The translations under genes and the position numbers were made by a program. A DNA stretch of 64,000 bases. Source: the human T2T-CHM13v2.0 reference genome, Homo sapiens. Of the stretch, positions 24,901-39,100 are shown in pieces (the first letter of the stretch is position 1; every line of letters begins with the position of its first letter). The stretch lies in assembly GCF_009914755.1 (NCBI RefSeq), contig NC_060939.1; one strand, written 5' to 3'. The notes beneath the pieces were generated by a model. It saw only the letters and a list, made by a program, of their open reading frames with translations, ran no database searches and was not told the origin of the DNA.

Positions 24901-27900
24901 TCCATTCCTTTCCATTTCTTTCCGTTCTGTACGATTCCTACCGTTCGATTTCATTTTGTTCCAGTCCATTCCTTTCGCGTCCATTCCATTCCATTTCACT
25001 CCATTCGATTCCATTCCACTCGATTCCACTTCGTTCCATTTCATTGCATTCCATTCTATTCAACTCTATTGCCTTCCATTCCATTCCATTCGATTACATT
25101 CCATGCGATTCCATTCGAAATCGAATCAATTACATTGCAATCCATTACAATTGAGTCCGTTTTATTCCAGTCCACTGTATTCTGGTCCATTCCATTTGAT
25201 TCCATTCCATTCTATTCCATTCCATACAGTTGCATTCCTTTGGATTCCATGCTATATATATAAATTCAATTCGAGACCATTGCTTTTGAGTCCATTCTAT
25301 ATGATTCCATTCCATTCAAGTCCATTACATTTGGTTCAATTCCATTCCATTCCATTCCCTTCCATTCCATTCCAGTTGATATCAATCCATTCGATTCCAT
25401 TCCATTCGAGCACATTCCATTCGAGTCCATTCCATTCGATGCCATTCCATTTGATTCTATTCCATTAGTCTCCATTCAATTCCATTAATCTCCATTCCAT
25501 TCCATTCTACTCCAACTGATTCCATTCCATTCTATTCCTTTCCATTCCATTTCATTCCATTCCATTCCATTTCATTCCATTCCATTCCATTCGCTTCCAT
25601 TCCATTCGTGTCCATTCCACTCCAGTCCATTCCATTCGTGTCCATTCCATTCCAGTCCATTCCATTTGTGTCCACTGCATTCCATTCCACTCCATTCCAT
25701 ATTATTCTATTACACTCCCTTCCATTCTATTACTTTCATTTCCATTCAATTCCATTCCATTTGATTCCATTCCACTCGGTTTCATTCCATTTGAGTCCAC
25801 TCCATTCCATTCCATTCCATTCCATTCAGTTCCATTCCATTCCGTTCCATTGCATTCCATTCCATTCGGTACCATTCCATATTGTTCCATTCAATTCCAT
25901 TCGAATCCATTCCATTCCAATCCATTCCATTCCATTCCATTCCATTCCATTCCTTTCAATTCCATTCCATTCCATTCCATTCCACTTGATTCCACTTCAT
26001 TCCCTTCCACTGCATTCCATTCGATTCCATTCCATTGCATTGCATTCCATTCCATTGGACTGCATTCCATTCGATTCCATTCCATGCGAATCAATTACAT
26101 AGCAATCCATTACATTCGAGTCTATTCTATTCCGTTCCATTCGATTTCGTTCCAATCCATTCGATTCCATTCCATTCGATTCCATTCCATACTATTGCAT
26201 TCCATTCTATTACATTATATTCGAATAAGTTCCATTCAAGACCATTTCTTTTGAGTCCAATCTATTTGAGTCCATTCCCTTTGATTCCATAACATTTGAG
26301 TCCATTCAATTCCATTCCTTTCGTTTCCATTCCATTTGATGCCATTCCATTCAATTCTGTTCTACTCGACTCCAATACATTCAATTCCATTCCATCCGAT
26401 TCCATTACATTCTTTTCATTTCTTATCCATTTCAAGCCATTCCACTCCATTCCATTCCACTCGTTTCCTTTCCATTCGAGTCCATTCCTCTCCAGTCCAT
26501 TCCGTTCAATCCATTCCATTCCAGTCCATTCCATTCGAGTCCGTTCCATTCCAGACCATTCCATTCGAGTCAATTCCATTCCATTCGATGTCTTTCCATA
26601 ACGATCCATTCCATTCTATTCCTTTCGATTCCATTCCATTCTATTTCATTCCATTCGATTCCCTTCCATTGGACTCCTTTCCATTCGAGTGCATTCCATT
26701 CCGTTCCATTTCTTTCCGTTCTGTACGATTCCTACCGTTCGATTTCATTTTGTTCCAGTCCATTCCTTTCGCGTCCATTCCATTCCATTTCACTCCATTC
26801 GATTCCATTCCACTCGATTCCACTTCGTTCCATTTCATTGCATTCCATTCTATTCAACTCTATTGCCTTCCATTCCATTCCATTCGATTACATTCCATGC
26901 GATTCCATTCGAAATCGAATCAATTACATTGCAATCCATTACAATTGAGTCCGTTTTATTCCAGTCCACTGCATTCTGGTCCATTCCATTTGATTCCATT
27001 CCATTCTATTCCATTCCATACAGTTGCATTCCTTTGGATTCCATGCTATATATATAAATTCAATTCGAGACCATTGCTTTTGAGTCCATTCTATATGATT
27101 CCATTCCATTCAAGTCCATTACATTTGGTTCAATTCCATTCCATTCCATTCCCTTCCATTCCATTCCAGTTGATATCAATCCATTCGATTCCATTCCATT
27201 CGAGCACATTCCATTCGAGTCCATTCCATTCGATGCCATTCCATTTGATTCTATTCCATTAGTCTCCATTCAATTCCATTAATCTCCATTCCATTCCATT
27301 CTACTCCAACTGATTCCATTCCATTCTATTCCTTTCCATTCCATTTCATTCCATTCCATTCCATTTCATTCCATTCCATTCCATTCGTGTCCATTCCACT
27401 CCAGTCCATTCCATTCATGTCCATTCCATTCCAGTCCATTCCATTTGTGTCCACTGCATTCCATTCCACTCCATTCCATATTATTCCATTACACTCCATT
27501 CCATTCTATTACTTTCATTTCCATTCAATTCCATTCCATTTGATTCCATTCCACTCGGTTTCATTCCATTTGAGTCCACTCCATTCCATTCCATTCCATT
27601 CAGTTCCATTACATTCCATTCCATTCGGTACCATTCCATATTGTTCCATTCGATTCCATTCGAATCCATTCCATTCCAGTCCATTCCATTCGATTCCATT
27701 CCATTCATTTCAATTCCATTCCATTCCATTCCATTACATTCGACTTGATTCCTCTCCATTCCCTTCCACTGCATTCCGTTCGATTCCATTCCATTGCATT
27801 GCATTCCATTCCATTGGATTGCATTCCATTCGATTCCATTCCATTCGAATCAATTACATAGCAATCCATTACATTCGAGTCTATTCTATTCCGTTCCATT

Positions 27901-30900
27901 CGATTTTGTTCCAATCCATTCGATTCCATTCCATTCGATTCCATTCCATACTATTGCATTCCATTCGATTACATTATATTCGAATAAGTTCCATTCAAGA
28001 CCATTTCTTTTGAGTCCATTCTATTTGAGTCCATTCCCTTTGATTCCATAACATTTGAGTCCATTCAATTCCATTCCTTTCGTTTCCATTCCATTTGATG
28101 CCATTCCATTCAATTCTGTTCTACTCGACTCCAATACATTCAATTCCATTCCATCCGATTCCATTACATTCTTTTCATTTCTTATCCATTTCAAGCCATT
28201 CCACTCCATTCCATTCCACTCGTTTCCTTTCCATTCGAGTCCATTCCTCTCCAGTCCATTCCGTTCAATCCATTCCATTCCAGTCCATTCCATTCGAGTC
28301 CGTTCCATTCCAGTCCATTCCATTCGAGTCAATTCCATTCCATTCGATGTCTTTCCATAACGATCCATTCCATTCTATTCCTTTCGATTCCATTCCATTC
28401 TATTTCATTCCATTCGATTCCCTTCCATTGGACTCCTTTCCATTCGAGTGCATTCCATTCCGTTCCATTTCTTTCCGTTCTGTACGATTCCTACCGTTCG
28501 ATTTCATTTTGTTCCAGTCCATTCCTTTCGCGTCCATTCCATTCCATTTCACTCCATTCGATTCCATTCCACTCGATTCCACTTCGTTCCATTTCATTGC
28601 ATTCCATTCTATTCAACTCTATTGCCTTCCATTCCATTCCATTCGATTACATTCCATGCGATTCCATTCGAAATCGAATCAATTACATTGCAATCCATTA
28701 CAATTGAGTCCGTTTTATTCCAGTCCACTACATTCTGGTCCATTCCATTTGATTCCATTCCATTCTATTCCATTCCATACAGTTGCATTCCTTTGGATTC
28801 CATGCTATATATATAAATTCAATTCGAGACCATTGCTTTTGAGTCCATTCTATATGATTCCATTCCATTCAAGTCCATTACATTTGGTTCAATTCCATTC
28901 CATTCCATTCCCTTCCATTCCATTCCAGTTGATATCAATCCATTCGATTCCATTCCATTCGAGCACATTCCATTCGAGTCCATTCCATTCGATGCCATTC
29001 CATTTGATTCTATTCCATTAGTCTCCATTCAATTCCATTAATCTCCATTCCATTCCATTCTACTCCAACTGATTCCATTCCATTCTATTCCTTTCCATTC
29101 CATTTCATTCCATTCCATTCCATTTCATTCCATTCCATTCCATTCGCTTCCATTCCATTCGTGTCCATTCCACTCCAGTCCATTCCATTCGTGTCCATTC
29201 CATTCCAGTCCATTCCATTTGTGTCCACTGCATTCCATTCCACTCCATTCCATATTATTCTATTACACTCCCTTCCATTCTATTACTTTCATTTCCATTC
29301 AATTCCATTCCATTTGATTCCATTCCACTCGGTTTCATTCCATTTGAGTCCACTCCATTCCATTCCATTCCATTCCATTCAGTTCCATTCCATTCCGTTC
29401 CATTGCATTCCATTCCATTCGGTACCATTCCATATTGTTCCATTCAATTCCATTCGAATCCATTCCATTCCAATCCATTCCATTCCATTCCATTCCATTC
29501 CATTCCTTTCAATTCCATTCCATTCCATTCCATTCCACTTGATTCCACTTCATTCCCTTCCACTGCATTCCATTCGATTCCATTCCATTGCATTGCATTC
29601 CATTCCATTGGACTGCATTCCATTCGATTCCATTCCATGCGAATCAATTACATAGCAATCCATTACATTCGAGTCTATTCTATTCCGTTCCATTCGATTT
29701 CGTTCCAATCCATTCGATTCCATTCCATTCGATTCCATTCCATACTATTGCATTCCATTCTATTACATTATATTCGAATAAGTTCCATTCAAGACCATTT
29801 CTTTTGAGTCCAATCTATTTGAGTCCATTCCCTTTGATTCCATAACATTTGAGTCCATTCAATTCCATTCCTTTCGTTTCCATTCCATTTGATGCCATTC
29901 CATTCAATTCTGTTCTACTCGACTCCAATACATTCAATTCCATTCCATCCGATTCCATTACATTCTTTTCATTTCTTATCCATTTCAAGCCATTCCACTC
30001 CATTCCATTCCACTCGTTTCCTTTCCATTCGAGTCCATTCCTCTCCAGTCCATTCCGTTCAATCCATTCCATTCCAGTCCATTCCATTCGAGTCCGTTCC
30101 ATTCCAGACCATTCCATTCGAGTCAATTCCATTCCATTCGATGTCTTTCCATAACGATCCATTCCATTCTATTCCTTTCGATTCCATTCCATTCTATTTC
30201 ATTCCATTCGATTCCCTTCCATTGGACTCCTTTCCATTCGAGTGCATTCCATTCCGTTCCATTTCTTTCCGTTCTGTACGATTCCTACCGTTCGATTTCA
30301 TTTTGTTCCAGTCCATTCCTTTCGCGTCCATTCCATTCCATTTCACTCCATTCGATTCCATTCCACTCGATTCCACTTCGTTCCATTTCATTGCATTCCA
30401 TTCTATTCAACTCTATTGCCTTCCATTCCATTCCATTCGATTACATTCCATGCGATTCCATTCGAAATCGAATCAATTACATTGCAATCCATTACAATTG
30501 AGTCCGTTTTATTCCAGTCCACTGCATTCTGGTCCATTCCATTTGATTCCATTCCATTCTATTCCATTCCATACAGTTGCATTCCTTTGGATTCCATGCT
30601 ATATATATAAATTCAATTCGAGACCATTGCTTTTGGGTCCATTCTATATGATTCCATTCCATTCAAGTCCATTACATTTGGTTCAATTCCATTCCATTCC
30701 ATTCCCTTCCATTCCATTCCAGTTGATATCAATCCATTCGATTCCATTCCATTCGAGCACATTCCATTCGAGTCCATTCCATTCGATGCCATTCCATTTG
30801 ATTCTATTCCATTAGTCTCCATTCAATTCCATTAATCTCCATTCCATTCCATTCTACTCCAACTGATTCCATTCCATTCTATTCCTTTCCATTCCATTTC

Positions 30901-33900
30901 ATTCCATTCCATTCCATTTCATTCCATTCCATTCCATTCGTGTCCATTCCACTCCAGTCCATTCCATTCATGTCCATTCCATTCCAGTCCATTCCATTTG
31001 TGTCCACTGCATTCCATTCCACTCCATTCCATATTATTCCATTACACTCCATTCCATTCTATTACTTTCATTTCCATTCAATTCCATTCCATTTGATTCC
31101 ATTCCACTCGGTTTCATTCCATTTGAGTCCACTCCATTCCATTCCATTCCATTCAGTTCCATTACATTCCATTCCATTCGGTACCATTCCATATTGTTCC
31201 ATTCGATTCCATTCGAATCCATTCCATTCCAGTCCATTCCATTCGATTCCATTCCATTCATTTCAATTCCATTCCATTCCATTCCATTACATTCGACTTG
31301 ATTCCTCTCCATTCCCTTCCACTGCATTCCGTTCGATTCCATTCCATTGCATTGCATTCCATTCCATTGGATTGCATTCCATTCGATTCCATTCCATTCG
31401 AATCAATTACATAGCAATCCATTACATTCGAGTCTATTCTATTCCGTTCCATTCGATTTTGTTCCAATCCATTCGATTCCATTCCATTCGATTCCATTCC
31501 ATACTATTGCATTCCATTCGATTACATTATATTCGAATAAGTTCCATTCAAGACCATTTCTTTTGAGTCCATTCTATTTGAGTCCATTCCCTTTGATTCC
31601 ATAACATTTGAGTCCATTCAATTCCATTCCTTTCGTTTCCATTCCATTTGATGCCATTCCATTCAATTCTGTTCTACTCGACTCCAATACATTCAATTCC
31701 ATTCCATCCGATTCCATTACATTCTTTTCATTTCTTATCCATTTCAAGCCATTCCACTCCATTCCATTCCACTCGTTTCCTTTCCATTCGAGTCCATTCC
31801 TCTCCAGTCCATTCCGTTCAATCCATTCCATTCCAGTCCATTCCATTCGAGTCCGTTCCATTCCAGTCCATTCCATTCGAGTCAATTCCATTCCATTCGA
31901 TGTCTTTCCATAACGATCCATTCCATTCTATTCCTTTCGATTCCATTCCATTCTATTTCATTCCATTCGATTCCCTTCCATTGGACTCCTTTCCATTCGA
32001 GTGCATTCCATTCCGTTCCATTTCTTTCCGTTCTGTACGATTCCTACCGTTCGATTTCATTTTGTTCCAGTCCATTCCTTTCGCGTCCATTCCATTCCAT
32101 TTCACTCCATTCGATTCCATTCCACTCGATTCCACTTCGTTCCATTTCATTGCATTCCATTCTATTCAACTCTATTGCCTTCCATTCCATTCCATTCGAT
32201 TACATTCCATGCGATTCCATTCGAAATCGAATCAATTACATTGCAATCCATTACAATTGAGTCCGTTTTATTCCAGTCCACTGCATTCTGGTCCATTCCA
32301 TTTGATTCCATTCCATTCTATTCCATTCCATACAGTTGCATTCCTTTGGATTCCATGCTATATATATAAATTCAATTCGAGACCATTGCTTTTGAGTCCA
32401 TTCTATATGATTCCATTCCATTCAAGTCCATTACATTTGGTTCAATTCCATTCCATTCCATTCCCTTCCATTCCATTCCAGTTGATATCAATCCATTCGA
32501 TTCCATTCCATTCGAGCACATTCCATTCGAGTCCATTCCATTCGATGCCATTCCATTTGATTCTATACCATTAGTCTCCATTCAATTCCATTAATCTCCA
32601 TTCCATTCCATTCTACTCCAACTGATTCCATTCCATTCTATTCCTTTCCATTCCATTTCATTCCATTCCATTCCATTCCATTCCATTCCATTCCATTCGT
32701 GTCCATTCCACTCCAGTCCATTCCATTCGTGTCCATTCCATTCCAGTCCATTCCATTTGTGTCCACTGCATTCCATTCCACTCCATTCCATATTATTCCA
32801 TTACACTCCATTCCATTCTATTACTTTCATTTCCATTCAATTCCATTCCATTTGATTCCATTCCACTCGGATTCATTCCATTTGAGTCCACTCCATTCCA
32901 TTCCATTCCATTCAGTTCCATTACATTCCATTCCATTCGGTACCATTCCATATTGTTCCATTCGATTCCATTCGAATCCATTCCATTCCAGTCCATTCCA
33001 TTCGATTCCATTCCATTCATTTCAATTCCATTCCATTCCATTCCATTACATTCGACTTGATTCCTCTCCATTCCCTTCCACTGCATTCCGTTCGATTCCA
33101 TTCCATTGCATTGCATTCCATTCCATTGGATTGCATTCCATTCGATTCCATTCCATTCGAATCAATTACATAGCAATCCATTACATTCGAGTCTATTCTA
33201 TTCCGTTCCATTCGATTTTGTTCCAATCCATTCGATTCCATTCCATTCGATTCCATTCCATACTATTGCATTCCATTCGATTACATTATATTCGAATAAG
33301 TTCCATTCAAGACCATTTCTTTTGAGTCCATTCTATTTGAGTCCATTCCCTTTGATTCCATAACATTTGAGTCCATTCAATTCCATTCCTTTCGTTTCCA
33401 TTCCATTTGATGCCATTCCATTCAATTCTGTTCTACTCGACTCCAATACATTCAATTCCATTCCATCCGATTCCATTACATTCTTTTCATTTCTTATCCA
33501 TTTCAAGCCATTCCACTCCATTCCATTCCACTCGTTTCCTTTCCATTCGAGTCCATTCCTCTCCAGTCCATTCCGTTCAATCCATTCCATTCCAGTCCAT
33601 TCCATTCGAGTCCGTTCCATTCCAGTCCATTCCATTCGAGTCAATTCCATTCCATTCGATGTCTTTCCATAACGATCCATTCCATTCTATTCCTTTCGAT
33701 TCCATTCCATTCTATTTCATTCCATTCGATTCCCTTCCATTGGACTCCTTTCCATTCGAGTGCATTCCATTCCGTTCCATTTCTTTCCGTTCTGTACGAT
33801 TCCTACCGTTCGATTTCATTTTGTTCCAGTCCATTCCTTTCGCGTCCATTCCATTCCATTTCACTCCATTCGATTCCATTCCACTCGATTCCACTTCGTT

Positions 33901-36100
33901 CCATTTCATTGCATTCCATTCTATTCAACTCTATTGCCTTCCATTCCATTCCATTCGATTACATTCCATGCGATTCCATTCGAAATCGAATCAATTACAT
34001 TGCAATCCATTACAATTGAGTCCGTTTTATTCCAGTCCACTGCATTCTGGTCCATTCCATTTGATTCCATTCCATTCTATTCCATTCCATACAGTTGCAT
34101 TCCTTTGGATTCCATGCTATATATATAAATTCAATTCGAGACCATTGCTTTTGAGTCCATTCTATATGATTCCATTCCATTCAAGTCCATTACATTTGGT
34201 TCAATTCCATTCCATTCCATTCCCTTCCATTCCATTCCAGTTGATATCAATCCATTCGATTCCATTCCATTCGAGCACATTCCATTCGAGTCCATTCCAT
34301 TCGATGCCATTCCATTTGATTCTATTCCATTAGTCTCCATTCAATTCCATTAATCTCCATTCCATTCCATTCTACTCCAACTGATTCCATTCCATTCTAT
34401 TCCTTTCCATTCCATTTCATTCCATTCCATTCCATTTCATTCCATTCCATTCCATTCGTGTCCATTCCACTCCAGTCCATTCCATTCGTGTCCATTCCAT
34501 TCCAGTCCATTCCATTTGTGTCCACTGCATTCCATTCCACTCCATTCCATATTATTCCATTACACTCCATTCCATTCTATTACTTTCATTTCCATTCAAT
34601 TCCATTCCATTTGATTCCATTCCACTCGGATTCATTCCATTTGAGTCCACTCCATTCCATTCCATTCCATTCAGTTCCATTACATTCCATTCCATTCGGT
34701 ACCATTCCATATTGTTCCATTCGATTCCATTCGAATCCATTCCATTCCAGTCCATTCCATTCGATTCCATTCCATTCATTCCAATTCCATTCCATTCCAT
34801 TCCATTACATTCGACTTGATTCCTCTCCATTCCCTTCCACTGCATTCCGTTCGATTCCATTCCATTGCATTGCATTCCATTCCATTGGATTGCATTCCAT
34901 TCGATTCCATTCCATTCGAATCAATTACATAGCAATCCATTACATTCGAGTCTATTCTATTCCGTTCCATTCGATTTTGTTCCAATCCATTCGATTCCAT
35001 TCCATTCGATTCCATTCCATACTATTGCATTCCATTCGATTACATTATATTCGAATAAGTTCCATTCAAGACCATTTCTTTTGAGTCCATTCTATTTGAG
35101 TCCATTCCCTTTGATTCCATAACATTTGAGTCCATTCAATTCCATTCCTTTCGTTTCCATTCCATTTGATGCCATTCCATTCAATTCTGTTCTACTCGAC
35201 TCCAATACATTCAATTCCATTCCATCCGATTCCATTACATTCTTTTCATTTCTTATCCATTTCAAGCCATTCCACTCCATTCCATTCCACTCGTTTCCTT
35301 TCCATTCGAGTCCATTCCTCTCCAGTCCATTCCGTTCAATCCATTCCATTCCAGTCCATTCCATTCGAGTCCGTTCCATTCCAGTCCATTCCATTCGAGT
35401 CAATTCCATTCCATTCGATGTCTTTCCATAACGATCCATTCCATTCTATTCCTTTCGATTCCATTCCATTCTATTTCATTCCATTCGATTCCCTTCCATT
35501 GGACTCCTTTCCATTCGAGTGCATTCCATTCCGTTCCATTTCTTTCCGTTCTGTACGATTCCTACCGTTCGATTTCATTTTGTTCCAGTCCATTCCTTTC
35601 GCGTCCATTCCATTCCATTTCGCTCCATTCGATTCCATTCCACTCGATTCCACTTCGTCCCATTTCATTGCATTCCATTCTATTCAACTCTATTGCCTTC
35701 CATTCCATTGCATTCGATTACATTCCATGCGATTCCATTCGAAATCGAATCAATTACATTGCAGTCCATTACAATTGAGTCCGTTTTATTCCAGTCCACT
35801 GCATTCTGGTCCATTCCATTTGATTCCATTCCATTCTATTCCATTCCATACAGTTGCATTCCTTTGGATTCCATGCTATATATATAAATTCAATTCGAGA
35901 CCATTGCTTTTGAGTCCATTCTAGATGATTCCATTCCATTCAAGTCCATTACATTTGGTTCAATTCCATTCCATTCCATTCCCTTCCATTCCATTCCAGT
36001 TGATATCAATCCATTCGATTCCATTCCATTCGAGCACATTCCATTCGAGTCCATTCCATTCGATGCCATTCCATTTGATTCTATTCCATTAGTCTCCATT
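22000..36100 (+). repeat. Homogeneous central domain of 1759-bp deletion units with a 3553-bp dimer sub-array
   Basis: Unit spacings are 1759, 1794, 1759, 1794, 1759, 1759, 1759. Shared markers are CAATTG (23389, 25148, 26942, 28701, 30495, 32254, 34013, 35772), TCCTTTGGA and TATATATAAA. Confidence 0.85.
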
Positions 36101-39100
36101 CAATTCCATTAATCTCCATTCCATTCCATTCTACTCCAACTGATTCCATTCCATTCTATTCCTTTCCATGCCATTTCATTCCATTCCATTCCATTTCATT
36201 CCATTCCATTCCATTTCATTCCATTCCATTCCATTCGTGTCCATTCCACTCCAGTCCATTCCATTCGTGTCCATTCCATTCTAGTCCATTCCATTTGTGT
36301 CCACTGCATTCCATTCCACTCCATTCCATATTATTCCATTACACTCCATTCCATTCTATTACTTTCATTTCCATTCAATTCCATTCCATTTGATTCCATT
36401 CCACTCGGTTTCATTCCATTTGAGTCCACTCCATTCCATTCCATTCCATTCCATTCAGATCCATTCCATTCTGTTCCATTCCAATCCATTCCATTCGGTA
36501 CCATTCCATAGTGTTCCATTCGATTCCATTCGAATCCATTCCATTCCAGTCCTTTCCATTCGATTCCATTCCATTCATTTCAATTCCATTCCATTCCATT
36601 CCATTCCATTCCACTTGATTCCTCTCCATTCCCTTCCACTGCATTCCGTTCGATTCCATTCCATTGCATTGCATTCCATTCCATTGGATTGCATTCCATT
36701 CGATTCCATTCCATTCGAATCAATTACATAGCAATCCATTACATTCGAGTCTATTCTCTTCCGTTCCATTCGATTTCGTTCCAATCCATTCGATTCCATT
36801 CCATTCGATTCCATTCCATACTATTGCATTCCATTCGATTAAATTATATTCGAATAAGTTCCATTCAAGACCATTTCTTTTGAGTCCATTGTATTTGAGT
36901 CCATTCCCTTTGATTCCATAACATTTGAGTCCATTCAATTCCATTCCTTTCGTTTCCATTCCATTTGATGCCATTCCATTCAATTCTGTTCTACTCGACT
37001 CCAATACATTCAATTCCATTCCATCCGATTCCATTACATTCTTTTCATTTCTTATCCATTTCAAGCCATTCCACTCCATTCCATTCCACTCGTTTCCTTT
37101 CCATTCGAGTCCATTCCTCTCCAGTCCATTCCGTTCAATCCATTCCATTCCAGTCCATTCCATTCGAGTCCGTTCCATTCCAGTCCATTCCATTCGAGTC
37201 AATTCCATTCCATTCGATGTCTTTCCATAACGATCCATTCCATTCTATTCCTTTCGATTCCATTCCATTCTATTTCATTCCATTCGATTCCCTTCCATTG
37301 GACTCCTTTCCATTCGAGTGCATTCCATTCCGTTCCATTTCTTTCCGTTCTGTACGATTCCTACCGTTCGATTTCATTTTGTTCCAGTCCATTCCTTTCG
37401 CGTCCATTCCATTCCATTTCACTCCATTCGATTCCATTCCACTCGATTCCACTTTGTTCCATTTCATTGCATTCCATTCTATTCAACTCTATTGCCTTCC
37501 ATTCCATTCCATTCGATTACATTCCATGCGATTCCATTCGAAATCGAATCAATTACATTGCAATCCATTACTATTGAGTCCATTTTATTCCAGTCCACTG
37601 CATTCTGGTCCATTCCATTTGATTCCATTCCATTCTATTCCATTCCATACAGTTGCATTCCATTGGATTCCATGCTATATCTATAAATTCAATTCGAGAC
37701 CATTGCTTTTGAGTCCATTCTATATGATTCCATTCCATTCAAGTCCATTACATTTGGTTCAATTCCATTCCATTCCATTCCCTTCCATTCCATTCCAGTT
37801 GATATCAATCCATTCGATTCCATTCCATTCGAGCACATTCCATTCGAGTCCATTCCATTCGATGCCATTCCATTTGATTCTATTCCATTAGTCTCCATTC
37901 AATTCCATTAATCTCCATTCCATTCCATTCTACTCCAACTGATTCCATTCCATTCTATTCCTTTCCATTCCATTTCATTCCATTCCATTCCATTTCATTC
38001 CATTCCATTCCATTCGTGTCCATTCCACTCCAGTCCATTCCATTCGTGTCCATTCCATTCCAGTCCATTCCATTTGTGTCCACTGCATTCCATTCCACTC
38101 CATTCCATATTATTCCATTACACTCCATTCCATTCTATTACTTTAATTTCCATTCAATTCCATTCCATTTGATTCCATTCCACTCGGTTTCATTCCGTTT
38201 GAGTCCACTCCATTCCATTCCATTCCATTCCATTCAGTTCCATTCCATTCTGTTCCATTCCATTCCGTTCCATTACATTCCATTCCATTCGGTACCATTC
38301 CATATTGTTCCATTCGATTCCATTCGAATCCATTCCATTCCAGTCCATTCCATTCGATTCCATTCCATTCATTTCAATTCCATTCCATTCCATTCCATTA
38401 CATTCCACTTGATTCCTCTCCATTCCCTTACACTGCATTCCGTTCGATTCCATTCCATTGCATTGCATTCCATTCCATTGGATTGCATTCCATTCGATTC
38501 CATTCCATTCGAATCAATTACATAGCAATCCATTACATTCGAGTCTATTCTATTCCGTTCCATTCGATTTTGTTCCAATCCATTCGATTCCATTCCATTC
38601 GATTCCATTCCATACTATTGCATTCCATTCGATTACATTATATTCGAATAAGTTCCATTCAAGACCATTTCTTTTGAGTCCATTCTATTTGAGTCCATTC
38701 CCTTTGATTCCATAACATTTGAGTCCATTCAATTCCATTCCTTTCGTTTCCATTCCATTTGATGCCATTCCATTCAATTCTGTTCTACTCGACTCCAATA
38801 CATTCAATTCCATTCCATCCGATTCCATTACATTCTTTTCATTTCTTATCCATTTCAAGCCATTCCACTCCATTCCATTCCACTCGTTTCCTTTCCATTC
38901 GAGTCCATTCCTCTCCAGTCCATTCCGTTCAATCCATTCCATTCCAGTCCATTCCATTCGAGTCCGTTCCATTCCAGTCCATTCCATTCGAGTCAATTCC
39001 ATTCCATTCGATGTCTTTCCATAACGATCCATTCCATTCTATTCCTTTCGATTCCATTCCATTCTATTTCATTCCATTCGATTCCCTTCCATTGGACTCC

